52,132 nucleotides of DNA from Candidatus Woesearchaeota archaeon (GTDB taxonomy: Archaea > Nanobdellota > Nanobdellia > Woesearchaeales > ARS49): contig JAHFOI010000001.1 in the NCBI GenBank assembly GCA_023266895.1, forward strand, positions 1-52,132. Reading direction: 5' to 3'. The number at the start of each line of letters is the position of its first letter. Position 1 is the first letter of the stretch. Both the position numbers and the translations under genes were made by a program. Positions 45,226 to 52,132 of the stretch are shown piece after piece. Under the pieces are notes generated by a model. That model was not told the DNA's origin and did no database searches. It was given only the letters and a program-made list of their open reading frames with translations.

Positions 45226-45954
45226 ATGAAGAAGGTATTTTTAGGGGTTACTGCATGTGTTTTTTTCATTCTTTTTTCGACAGCTATGCAGGCATCAGTG
45301 ATTCAAGGCACAGTATATCAGACAGATCTTTCAGTTGCAAAAGCAGCAGTGGTAAAGATTTCGAGTGTTCCAGAGCAGATTTTTGTTGCAGTTACCGGAG
45401 CATATACCTTTGCAGTACGCCCAGGAACATACACTCTTTCTGCAACGCACCAAAGCGGTAACACAAGTCAAGTTCTTACTATTTCTGATGATGAAGAGTA
45501 TATTCGTGATCTTATTTTATTTCCCATAATTACGAGTTCTGAATTAGAAAATGAAACAACTCTTTTATTAGATATTGCTGAACCACAAGTCCAAAAACCA
45601 GTATCTTGGCTGGCAGTGGTTATTATTCTTGCAGCAATTGCAGCCAGTGTGTGGTACGTACGAGGTATGCGAAATTCAGCACTAGAGTTAGCCCAATCAA
45701 AAACAAAGTCCTCTTCTGCTCAAATTTCTGAGACCGAACAATTGAATCAAGAGATACGAAAGACAACACGTGATGAAGAAGAACAAGTTATGGCAGTTAT
45801 TAGAAAAGAAGGAGGAAGAACAACCCAAAAAAACATTAGAACTGCAGTGCCTCTTTCTGAAGCAAAAATATCAGTTATCATCACTCAGCTTGAGCATGAA
45901 GGTAAAATAGAGAAAATAAAAAAAGGAAGAGGCAATGTTGTTATTCTCAAATGA
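45226..45954 (+). CDS. Membrane protein: extracytoplasmic CarboxypepD_reg-like beta domain, TM helix, cytoplasmic winged-helix (COG2512-like)
   Basis: Signal peptide, IQGTVY...GTYTLSA, TM helix WLAVVIILAAIAASVWYV, C-terminal wHTH VMAVIRKEGGRTTQKNIRTAVPLSEAKISVIITQLEHEGKIEK. TATA box 25-32 nt upstream. Confidence 0.6.
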   Translation: MKKVFLGVTACVFFILFSTAMQASVIQGTVYQTDLSVAKAAVVKISSVPEQIFVAVTGAYTFAVRPGTYTLSATHQSGNTSQVLTISDDEEYIRDLILFPIITSSELENETTLLLDIAEPQVQKPVSWLAVVIILAAIAASVWYVRGMRNSALELAQSKTKSSSAQISETEQLNQEIRKTTRDEEEQVMAVIRKEGGRTTQKNIRTAVPLSEAKISVIITQLEHEGKIEKIKKGRGNVVILK

Positions 45955-47117
45955 ACCTGATTGTTGGTATTGATCCGGGCACGACAACTGGTTTTGCATG
46001 TCTTGACTTGAATGGCAAACTCATAAGTACAGGTTCTGAGCGACAGCTGGGAAAAGACCAACTTGTGCGCCTTTTGAGTGAATCAGGTAGTCCTCTTATT
46101 GTGGGTTGTGATAAGCACAATATTCCAGGACTTGTTGAATCTGTTGCAGCCCAGTTTGGTGCAGTGATTCACGCACCACAACAAGACACTCTTGCAAGCG
46201 ACAAACGAGAGCTCACCCAAGATGTCAAAACAGCAAATGTTCATGAGCTTGATGCAATTGCAAGTGCACGTCTTGCATACAATGCATTTGCTCCAGTAAT
46301 TCAACGTACGTATCGTAAGCTTGAAGCACAGGGAAAAGAAGCTTTTTTTGATAAAGTCATTGTTCTGGTCATCAAACACAAACTATCAATTACAGGAGCA
46401 GTTCTTGCAGTTGAGCAACCCGCGCTTCCTCGCGTTCAAGCACTTCGCCAGGTGATTGCCATATCTTCTGTAAAAACCCGCAACATTGTGCAGTTATACA
46501 ATGACGCTGTACTTTTCGAACACGCAAACACACTTCTCAAGCAAAAACTCAAGGAAGTGCAGGATCAGCTTGCAAAAGCAATACGCACGAACACTACACT
46601 TCAAACAAAAATGGATTCATTATCTGTACAAAAAGCAGGTGTTCGTCTTTTGCATCAAGAATCACGTATTGCACAACTACGTAAAGAACGCGATACACAT
46701 CAGTTTTCGCTCAGAAAAGAACAACAACTGATTGAAAACATTTTTTATCAAATGCAGAAAAGAATGGTTCACATCAGTCCGCGACTGAAAACTTTTGCAA
46801 CTCATGAACCTTGTACCATGCTTGCACGAGATGCAGTGGTGTTTGTTCAATCAGTAAGCTCCGCAAGTCCAAAAATTCATGCTATGCTCTCACACCTACG
46901 TGCTCTTGTGTGTGAGGTGCTGCCCAGTGCCGCAATTCGTGAACAACTTCCTATTCCTTGTATTCTTGCAGATTCAACGAATGTATTTTACTACAAAAAT
47001 TGGGTGTGCATTGACTGTAACTGGTTGTCAGATCAATTGCAAAAAACCGAGGTTTTCCATAAAGTTATTGAAGAATATAAGAAAGAACGTGCAATAAATT
47101 CAGAAAAAACAAATTAA
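45951..47117 (+). CDS. DUF460 (COG2433) RNase H-fold protein
   Basis: N-terminus IVGIDPGTTTGFACLDLNGK is RuvC/RNase H-like, followed by a central coiled coil. ATGA overlap with the upstream gene. Confidence 0.6.
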   Translation: MNLIVGIDPGTTTGFACLDLNGKLISTGSERQLGKDQLVRLLSESGSPLIVGCDKHNIPGLVESVAAQFGAVIHAPQQDTLASDKRELTQDVKTANVHELDAIASARLAYNAFAPVIQRTYRKLEAQGKEAFFDKVIVLVIKHKLSITGAVLAVEQPALPRVQALRQVIAISSVKTRNIVQLYNDAVLFEHANTLLKQKLKEVQDQLAKAIRTNTTLQTKMDSLSVQKAGVRLLHQESRIAQLRKERDTHQFSLRKEQQLIENIFYQMQKRMVHISPRLKTFATHEPCTMLARDAVVFVQSVSSASPKIHAMLSHLRALVCEVLPSAAIREQLPIPCILADSTNVFYYKNWVCIDCNWLSDQLQKTEVFHKVIEEYKKERAINSEKTN

Positions 47118-47145
47118 TTGGTGTGTTTTTCAATCTTTTTTCTTC

Positions 47146-47655
47146 TCAAGCGTGTGAGTTGTTCTCACTTCTTTTTGCTTCTGCTTCAAAGTCTTGCACG
47201 CGCCAGTGTGTTTTTTTTCCTGACGCAACATTACGCGTGATAATGCGCCTTCCTGCATGAACTATTTCGTGTTCTTCTTCCCCAAGACGTACGTGTTCAG
47301 CACGTTTGCGAAATGACTGCCTGAAAAGAATAGTGATTCTGTACAAGTCTTTGCTTGTGAGGTGTGATCGCGTGTGTAAGGTGTAGCTCAGCTTGTATTC
47401 TCCAAGGAATTTTTCCCGCATTTGCTTTCCAAGAGCTTGTAAGTAGTGCTGGTCTGAAAAGTACAAGTCAACTCCTCCTTGCACGTTTTCTGCATCGCCA
47501 CGTACTTTAAGCTCTTTTGTAATAAGTGATTTTTTGTCTTGCGCAGTACGCAGGTGAACCCATTGCACAAGTTCTGGCGAAGCATTGCGTAACTGCATAA
47601 TTCCTTCAAAATACGCTCCATGCGGCAGTGTTGGATTCTGTTTTGCCATGTGCAT
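47146..47655 (-). CDS. NMD3-like protein lacking the N-terminal Zn-binding domain
   Basis: AYFEGIMQLRN ... GGVDLYF ... YRITILFRQ resembles the NMD3 core. There are no CxxC pairs. Start is uncertain (ATG 47655 or 47649; track start is GTG 47754). Confidence 0.4.
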   Translation of the reverse strand: MHMAKQNPTLPHGAYFEGIMQLRNASPELVQWVHLRTAQDKKSLITKELKVRGDAENVQGGVDLYFSDQHYLQALGKQMREKFLGEYKLSYTLHTRSHLTSKDLYRITILFRQSFRKRAEHVRLGEEEHEIVHAGRRIITRNVASGKKTHWRVQDFEAEAKRSENNSHA

Positions 47656-47759
47656 ATTAAGCAGAAGAGGGTTATTAAGGGTTGTGGAGTTTTTTTGGGG
47701 TGCTGCTGAGGAGTTCCGAAAAAGAATGGAAGAGGTATGCACGTAAGGTTCCACAACTC

Positions 47760-47766
47760 ATTTAAA
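47760..47766 (+). promoter_or_regulatory. TATA box for leaderless nucS
   Basis: atttaaa lies 23-29 nt upstream of ATG 47789. Confidence 0.5.
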
Positions 47767-47788
47767 CACCTTCTTATTCAGCGTACGC

Positions 47789-48529
47789 ATGTGGTCCTTG
47801 GAAGACTATTGCACGCTTTTTAATGATGCATTTCGTCGTAGAGAAACTATTGTGCTTGCGTGCAGGTGTAAGATCAGGTATTCTGGCAGGGCAGAGAGCT
47901 TTTTGGGTGATGGTGATCGTGTGGTTGTGGTAAAAAGTGATGGGGCACTTCTCGTGCATCAGCCAACAGGTAATGCGCCTATTAATTACATGAAGCCTGG
48001 TTGCACGCATGAATTGCGGGTTGATGGTGAGGAATGTCATTTGCACACAAGTCATGTGCTTGAAAAAGAAAAAATGGAGATTAGTATTGAAAAAGTGTAT
48101 TTTCTTAATAGTCACAAGCTTGAGGATGGCCAAAGTATTATTGTGGCAGGCACTGAAGAAGATATGGCAAACATGCTTATGCAGCAGCCTGAGCTTGTTG
48201 AAGAGGGTTTTAAACCAGTGAATCAAGAAGAGCAAACAAAGTATGGTTTTATTGATGTGCTTGGCATTGATAAAGCAGGGATTCTCACAGTTGTTGAATG
48301 TAAGCGTTATGTTGCTGACTTATCAGCAGTTACTCAGCTTCGTCGTTATGTTGAAAAAATAATGGTGTCTAAAGGCATTAGTAAAGTGCGTGGCATTCTT
48401 GCAGCCCCACGCATTACTGATAATGCCAAGCAAATGCTTGAAGACTGGGGCTATAGTTTCAAAAGCATTAAGCCACCAAAATTCATGGAAGACTTTGACA
48501 AAAAACAAAGAAAACTGGAAGGGTTTTAG
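47789..48529 (+). CDS. nucS: Endonuclease NucS / EndoMS
   Basis: N-terminal half-barrel region (RIKYSGRAESFLGDGDRVVVVKSDG) and C-terminal RecB-like IDVLGID...VVECKR. Confidence 0.85.
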   Translation: MWSLEDYCTLFNDAFRRRETIVLACRCKIRYSGRAESFLGDGDRVVVVKSDGALLVHQPTGNAPINYMKPGCTHELRVDGEECHLHTSHVLEKEKMEISIEKVYFLNSHKLEDGQSIIVAGTEEDMANMLMQQPELVEEGFKPVNQEEQTKYGFIDVLGIDKAGILTVVECKRYVADLSAVTQLRRYVEKIMVSKGISKVRGILAAPRITDNAKQMLEDWGYSFKSIKPPKFMEDFDKKQRKLEGF

Positions 48530-49449
48530 TCAAAAAGAGAAATTCCAATGAGAAATCTTTCGCCATCTTGTCCTGCACAATACTCTTCTGCAAGTAGTGC
48601 ATATTCACAGGGTGTTTCAAAAGTGCAGATTTGCCAGCTATTCTGTTTTCTAAGGAGCGAAAGACGTTCTTTACAAGAAATCAAAAAATCATCATTTGAT
48701 TCATTCAACAACTTCGTTTGACTTTCGAAGTCTCTTCCGAAAAGCCCTTGTTTGACTGCCATGCGATTTGGAATAAAACTAAATCCATAAGGCATTCCTT
48801 GTGCACCAATTCCCAAATATTTACCTGTGAAACCTTTTGGAATTATCAAATTTGTTAGCACAAAACCGTATGTTCTTACTTTGTGATGTATTCTTCTAAC
48901 AACCACTTCAAGAGGGAGGTTCAACAAATTTGCACACTTGCGTAATTCTGTCAAACTATGACACTTGTTGGCAGTTTCTTGAGCTTGTTGTTCAGGAAAA
49001 ATAAAATGATTAGCCATAGTCCAAACATAGTTTTCTGGCTCAGCTGGTGCAATCCCTGTTGTAGCGCAGAAACAGCTCAAGAGCACATGCGCAAATTCAT
49101 GTGCAAGAACATACTGCTGCCGTTTCATAGGTGTGTTAGGATTTAATTTAATACCTCTTTCTGTTTCCATAAAGCTACCTTCTGGTGAAAGAAGACCTTC
49201 TCCTCTTGGAATTTTGTCAGAATATACAAGGGGAATACCATAGTCATTTATGATTCTTTTCAAGGATGCAAAATCAAAAAGAACACCTTTGGTGAATTTG
49301 TATGTGAGCTCTGCAGCCAGAGGCATATGAGTAAAATCTTCTCCCCTAAAAAAAGAAGTTAAGTCGCGTGTTCTTGGGAAGTTTGAATGTAAGCATTCTG
49401 CCAGGCTTTGTTGTTCTATTAATTGAGGTGTGTTTCTATGGCGAGTCAT
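48526..49449 (-). CDS. ImmA/IrrE-family (DUF955) zinc metallopeptidase with ~150-aa C-terminal extension
   Basis: LAHEFAHVLL (HExxH) plus a downstream MANHFIFPE. ATG 49449 (track start is TTG). Its 3' end overlaps the nucS 3' end by 4 nt. Confidence 0.7.
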   Translation of the reverse strand: MTRHRNTPQLIEQQSLAECLHSNFPRTRDLTSFFRGEDFTHMPLAAELTYKFTKGVLFDFASLKRIINDYGIPLVYSDKIPRGEGLLSPEGSFMETERGIKLNPNTPMKRQQYVLAHEFAHVLLSCFCATTGIAPAEPENYVWTMANHFIFPEQQAQETANKCHSLTELRKCANLLNLPLEVVVRRIHHKVRTYGFVLTNLIIPKGFTGKYLGIGAQGMPYGFSFIPNRMAVKQGLFGRDFESQTKLLNESNDDFLISCKERLSLLRKQNSWQICTFETPCEYALLAEEYCAGQDGERFLIGISLFD

Positions 49450-49596
49450 CAACAGCTTGTTTTGAAACCAACTTATAAGGTTTATACTAATGAGTTCCTT
49501 CTTTGATTTAAGTTTTTGTGCTAACTTAAAATAAATGGAGATTTTTTAGAACAAAACCCTAAAAAAGAAAGCTGGAATGGTTTTGAGTTCGTTTTT

Positions 49597-49917
49597 CTAG
49601 TCAACAAGTTCTAAGTTCCACTTCTTATTACTCACGCGAGTCCACTGCACAGGAGTTCCTGGTTTCCAGCCATGTTGTTGAAGCACCTTTGGTAGTGTTA
49701 TTGCAATTGAAGAACCAACTTTTATTATTTTTCTCCTTCGCTCAAAAAGCTTGTGCGTGTTCATAAGCTGAAAAACCTTCTTTGACTGTGCTATAGTAAA
49801 CGTTTCATTATCACAACCAAAACAGACCATTGCAGGCACTTCAAAGCCTTCAAAGTCTACTTTTTTTTCTTTGTAGACTCCGCCGCATTCGCAAATTAGT
49901 TTCCTTGATACAACCAT
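49597..49917 (-). CDS. Antitoxin-like Zn-ribbon + AbrB/SpoVT-domain protein
   Basis: CECGG...CFGCDNE zinc ribbon, then KVGSSIAITLPKVLQQHGWKPGT. Overlaps the upstream toxin gene by 22 nt. Confidence 0.6.
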   Translation of the reverse strand: MVVSRKLICECGGVYKEKKVDFEGFEVPAMVCFGCDNETFTIAQSKKVFQLMNTHKLFERRRKIIKVGSSIAITLPKVLQQHGWKPGTPVQWTRVSNKKWNLELVD

Positions 49918-50186
49918 GTTGTTTTCACCATTATATGTGTTTTTTCAAAACGTGTTATGACTAAGCATGTTTGGTTTTGTTTGCCAAAATATTTACGAAA
50001 TGCAATTTTGTGCGGCCATTCGCACTTTTTTTCTTGTATTCTTCCTTCACGAACTGTGAGGACAATGTGCTCTTCTGAAAATCCATCTTTCCAGGCTTCA
50101 ATAAGTGCATGTCTGTCAATAGTGATCAGTGCCTTTTTTGGCAAGAGCCTTTGCAATTCACGTGCAATCCACTTATTATAATCCAT
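49896..50186 (-). CDS. DUF4258-like toxin
   Basis: IDRHALIEAWKDGFSEEHIVLTVREGRI matches the DUF4258 pattern as I recall it. Small protein overlapping its partner gene. Confidence 0.5.
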   Translation of the reverse strand: MDYNKWIARELQRLLPKKALITIDRHALIEAWKDGFSEEHIVLTVREGRIQEKKCEWPHKIAFRKYFGKQNQTCLVITRFEKTHIMVKTTWLYQGN

Positions 50187-50200
50187 GTTATAACACCTAT

Positions 50201-50437
50201 TTATAACTTATGCCTGAACCCTGTTTGTTGGTTCAAAAAAATGTGTTGTTGTTGGTCAATGAATACATATCCTGCATCCAAGCGTATGTGTTTGTGTGGC
50301 AGGAGGGGGTGTTCTCCTGATTGCAACAATTGTTTGGCAAGGCGCCAGTGGCACTGCACAACACACAAACGCTTGGTATTTGCGAGGATAATCACAACAT
50401 TAGACATGAACAGAGAGTGGTATGCATTACTTAACAT
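50201..50437 (-). CDS. Small hypothetical protein
   Basis: Fits the minus-strand gene string. ATG at 50437 or 50407 (track start is TTG). A competing plus-strand ORF (50109-50579) overlaps the toxin gene. Confidence 0.3.
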   Translation of the reverse strand: MLSNAYHSLFMSNVVIILANTKRLCVVQCHWRLAKQLLQSGEHPLLPHKHIRLDAGYVFIDQQQHIFLNQQTGFRHKL

Positions 50438-50540
50438 GGTTTCTAAAGAAAAACCGAAAGACTTCCGATTTGTTTGCAAGGTTTGCAATTTTTTCGGAAG
50501 AACAAGTCATTATGCAGCTAAATTCCGGAAATCGTGTGAA

Positions 50541-50759
50541 TTATTCGGAAACTTCAATAAGCTTTTTCTTGCTTTTTAATCCTGAGAGGAACACAATGCT
50601 TTTTCCAGTATGTTTTTTGAGTAGTTTTAGCACTGCAATATTTGCGTTGTTCTTTTCAGGTGGTGCGCGCACCCAAACTTCAGCAATGCCGTGTTCAGGT
50701 TTCCACAAAATAATTTCATCACGCAATGCATTTGGTTTTACAGTGACTGTCAGCTTCAT
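50541..50759 (-). CDS. DUF167 (YggU-like) protein
   Basis: 72 aa with the VKPNA...V.APP..G.AN..V...L pattern. ATGA overlap with tfs. Confidence 0.6.
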   Translation of the reverse strand: MKLTVTVKPNALRDEIILWKPEHGIAEVWVRAPPEKNNANIAVLKLLKKHTGKSIVFLSGLKSKKKLIEVSE

Positions 50760-51064
50760 TTATTTTCTCGCCATGTGTGCTTGCATTTTTCACACCGATA
50801 AAATCTGGTTGCTGGCTCATCACCTGCGCGCATCTGGCGTTCCCAATAAAATGCTCTTGTGTGACCACATTTTGAGCAATCATTATCAGTGAGTGGCAGG
50901 TTTTCTTTTTCTTCAACCGCTTGAATCTCTTGATGTTTGTGTTTTGAGGTTTCAGTCATTGTTGCATGAACTGTTTCTGACTTGTGACCACAAACGCAAT
51001 GCTGTACAACTTTGTTGCCTTCTTTTTTCGGCATGCAAATACTCCCGCATTTTGGACAAAACAT
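50756..51064 (-). CDS. tfs: Transcription factor S (RNA cleavage factor, TFIIS/Rpb9-like)
   Basis: N-terminal Zn ribbon CPKCGS...CVCGH and C-terminal ribbon CSKCGH...RAGDEP...YRCEKCKHTW. Confidence 0.9.
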   Translation of the reverse strand: MFCPKCGSICMPKKEGNKVVQHCVCGHKSETVHATMTETSKHKHQEIQAVEEKENLPLTDNDCSKCGHTRAFYWERQMRAGDEPATRFYRCEKCKHTWRENK

Positions 51065-51074
51065 GTTGTTTACC

Positions 51075-51680
51075 TCACAGCCCTACAAACTTGAGCAGGT
51101 TGACAAATCCGATTTTTACCCAGCCAATCCATGGAATGCGAATAACTGCTTTACCAAGCACTTGTTCTGGAATAATGACTTGCTCAAATGCGCCACTATC
51201 GCAATTATGATCTCCCTTAGTCTTAAAAACAGTATCTTGTGCCACAACTCTGTGAATAATGGGATCAAAGGGGGTGTTTGCACGAAATACAAGAACCTCA
51301 CCAATTCCAACTTGTTTTGCTGACCGTAATATCATTACATCGCCTTTGTTGAATCCGTTGGTGAATGAAAAACTGGAAAACTGTTCTTTGGTAATGTTAT
51401 GCGCAAGGTACCACTCGCCTTGTGAGTATGCTCCTGCAAGGCTTTTGCAGGATGCTTGTTGCCACCAGTCATTAAATCCTGGGCCATGCTCCATGCTTCC
51501 TGAAACAACTGCGACGATAGGAAAGCCTGTGCCAAGCAAAAAACCAAGTCCAGGATACACCACATACTTCACGATAATAAACGCAAGCACAATATTCACA
51601 ATCCAGCTTGCCACGCTGTCTTCGTGCCAAATAAAATGCCATGCTTTTTTGAGAATTTCTTTCGCACGTTGCAGGTTCAT
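51075..51680 (-). CDS. Signal peptidase I, archaeal/Sec11 type
   Basis: N-terminal TM helix, SGSMEH, GDVMILR, IIHRVV, TKGDHN. Confidence 0.85.
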   Translation of the reverse strand: MNLQRAKEILKKAWHFIWHEDSVASWIVNIVLAFIIVKYVVYPGLGFLLGTGFPIVAVVSGSMEHGPGFNDWWQQASCKSLAGAYSQGEWYLAHNITKEQFSSFSFTNGFNKGDVMILRSAKQVGIGEVLVFRANTPFDPIIHRVVAQDTVFKTKGDHNCDSGAFEQVIIPEQVLGKAVIRIPWIGWVKIGFVNLLKFVGL

Positions 51681-51711
51681 GAGCGTATTTTTTCATACAG
51701 GTTTAAAGGCT

Positions 51712-52083
51712 TTATGGTTTGGAAGTGTGTAATTTATCAACAATATTGCCTCCAATAAAATCTTGTATAAATACTACGCGAGAATTATCAAATATTATTT
51801 CTTTTCCTGTGAAGTGTGCAATATTTCCTTCTGCACCACATTGATATACTAAATTACTGCAACAATATTCTTGAGGTCCACGAAAAGGATGGTCAGGAGT
51901 TGTGTGAAGCAATGCTTGTTTGAGAAATGAAAATATGCGTTTTGCTTCAGATACATTGCCTATAAGCTCTGGAATAACACCACCGGTGTATGACATGGTC
52001 CAGATAGGCACATTCTGAAACCAAACAATCTCACTTCCTGGTGCAGAGAAAAAACCTGCATAACTGTCTCGGTAGTTAAACAA
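51712..52083 (-). CDS. DUF5680-like protein (start uncertain)
   Basis: YRDSYAGF...GSEIVW...PFRGP pattern. The track start is TTG. An in-frame TGA lies at 52117-52119, with the frame open again upstream to the window edge. Confidence 0.45.
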   Translation of the reverse strand: MFNYRDSYAGFFSAPGSEIVWFQNVPIWTMSYTGGVIPELIGNVSEAKRIFSFLKQALLHTTPDHPFRGPQEYCCSNLVYQCGAEGNIAHFTGKEIIFDNSRVVFIQDFIGGNIVDKLHTSKP

Positions 52084-52132
52084 TCCTTTTGAGAAGCTGA
52101 ACTCTTTGAATCCTGGTCATTGCGGGGTTTTG

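Noticed and set aside
52117-52119. TGA recoding or an alternative genetic code
   Set aside because: TGA clearly acts as a stop at many ATGA gene junctions across the window, so a reassigned TGA is very unlikely. A pseudogene or an internal start is more parsimonious.

Overview
This is a gene-dense 52-kb fragment with about 58 protein genes and 2 tRNAs. It comes from an archaeal genome, most likely a small-genome DPANN-type lineage (lineage is inference). Archaeal hallmarks read directly from the sequence: an intron-containing tRNA-Arg, TFS, RFC large subunit, ABCE1, aMBF1, NucS, Sec11-type signal peptidase and TrmI. A/T-rich TATA boxes sit 22-32 nt upstream of many ATGs, implying leaderless mRNAs, and there are many ATGA stop/start overlaps. 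Several ORF-track starts are TTG/GTG artefacts, and I re-set them using these two signals.

Layout:
- 3-11426: a translationally coupled operon of very large Cys-rich surface proteins plus five proteins with type IV pilin-like (class III) signal peptides.
- 11455-14237: an ABC exporter.
- 14937-22427: a minus-strand glycan/envelope operon (GT-C glycosyltransferase, two paralogous membrane proteins, processive GT2). It is interrupted by a plus-strand nucleotide-sugar dehydrogenase flanked by a 15-nt direct repeat.
- 22.7-31.4 kb: mixed housekeeping and orphan genes, including a 1.2-kb single-gene cassette bracketed by a 24-nt direct repeat.
- 31.4-34 kb: M3 peptidase, TrmI and a divergent tRNA pair.
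- 35351-39593: the most unusual block. An intact GGDEF cyclase, an orphan 291-aa protein, a DHH/DHHA1 phosphoesterase and a divergent AbrB-PhoU regulator are tied together by a duplicated 50-nt TACGTTA-containing control element.
- 39.7-52 kb: GTPase/DUF2073/Zn-ribbon triad, RFC, secreted coiled-coil and membrane wHTH proteins, DUF460, NucS, an ImmA-like peptidase, a DUF4258/Zn-ribbon-AbrB toxin-antitoxin pair, DUF167, TFS and signal peptidase.

No rRNA, CRISPR array, integrase or transposase was seen.
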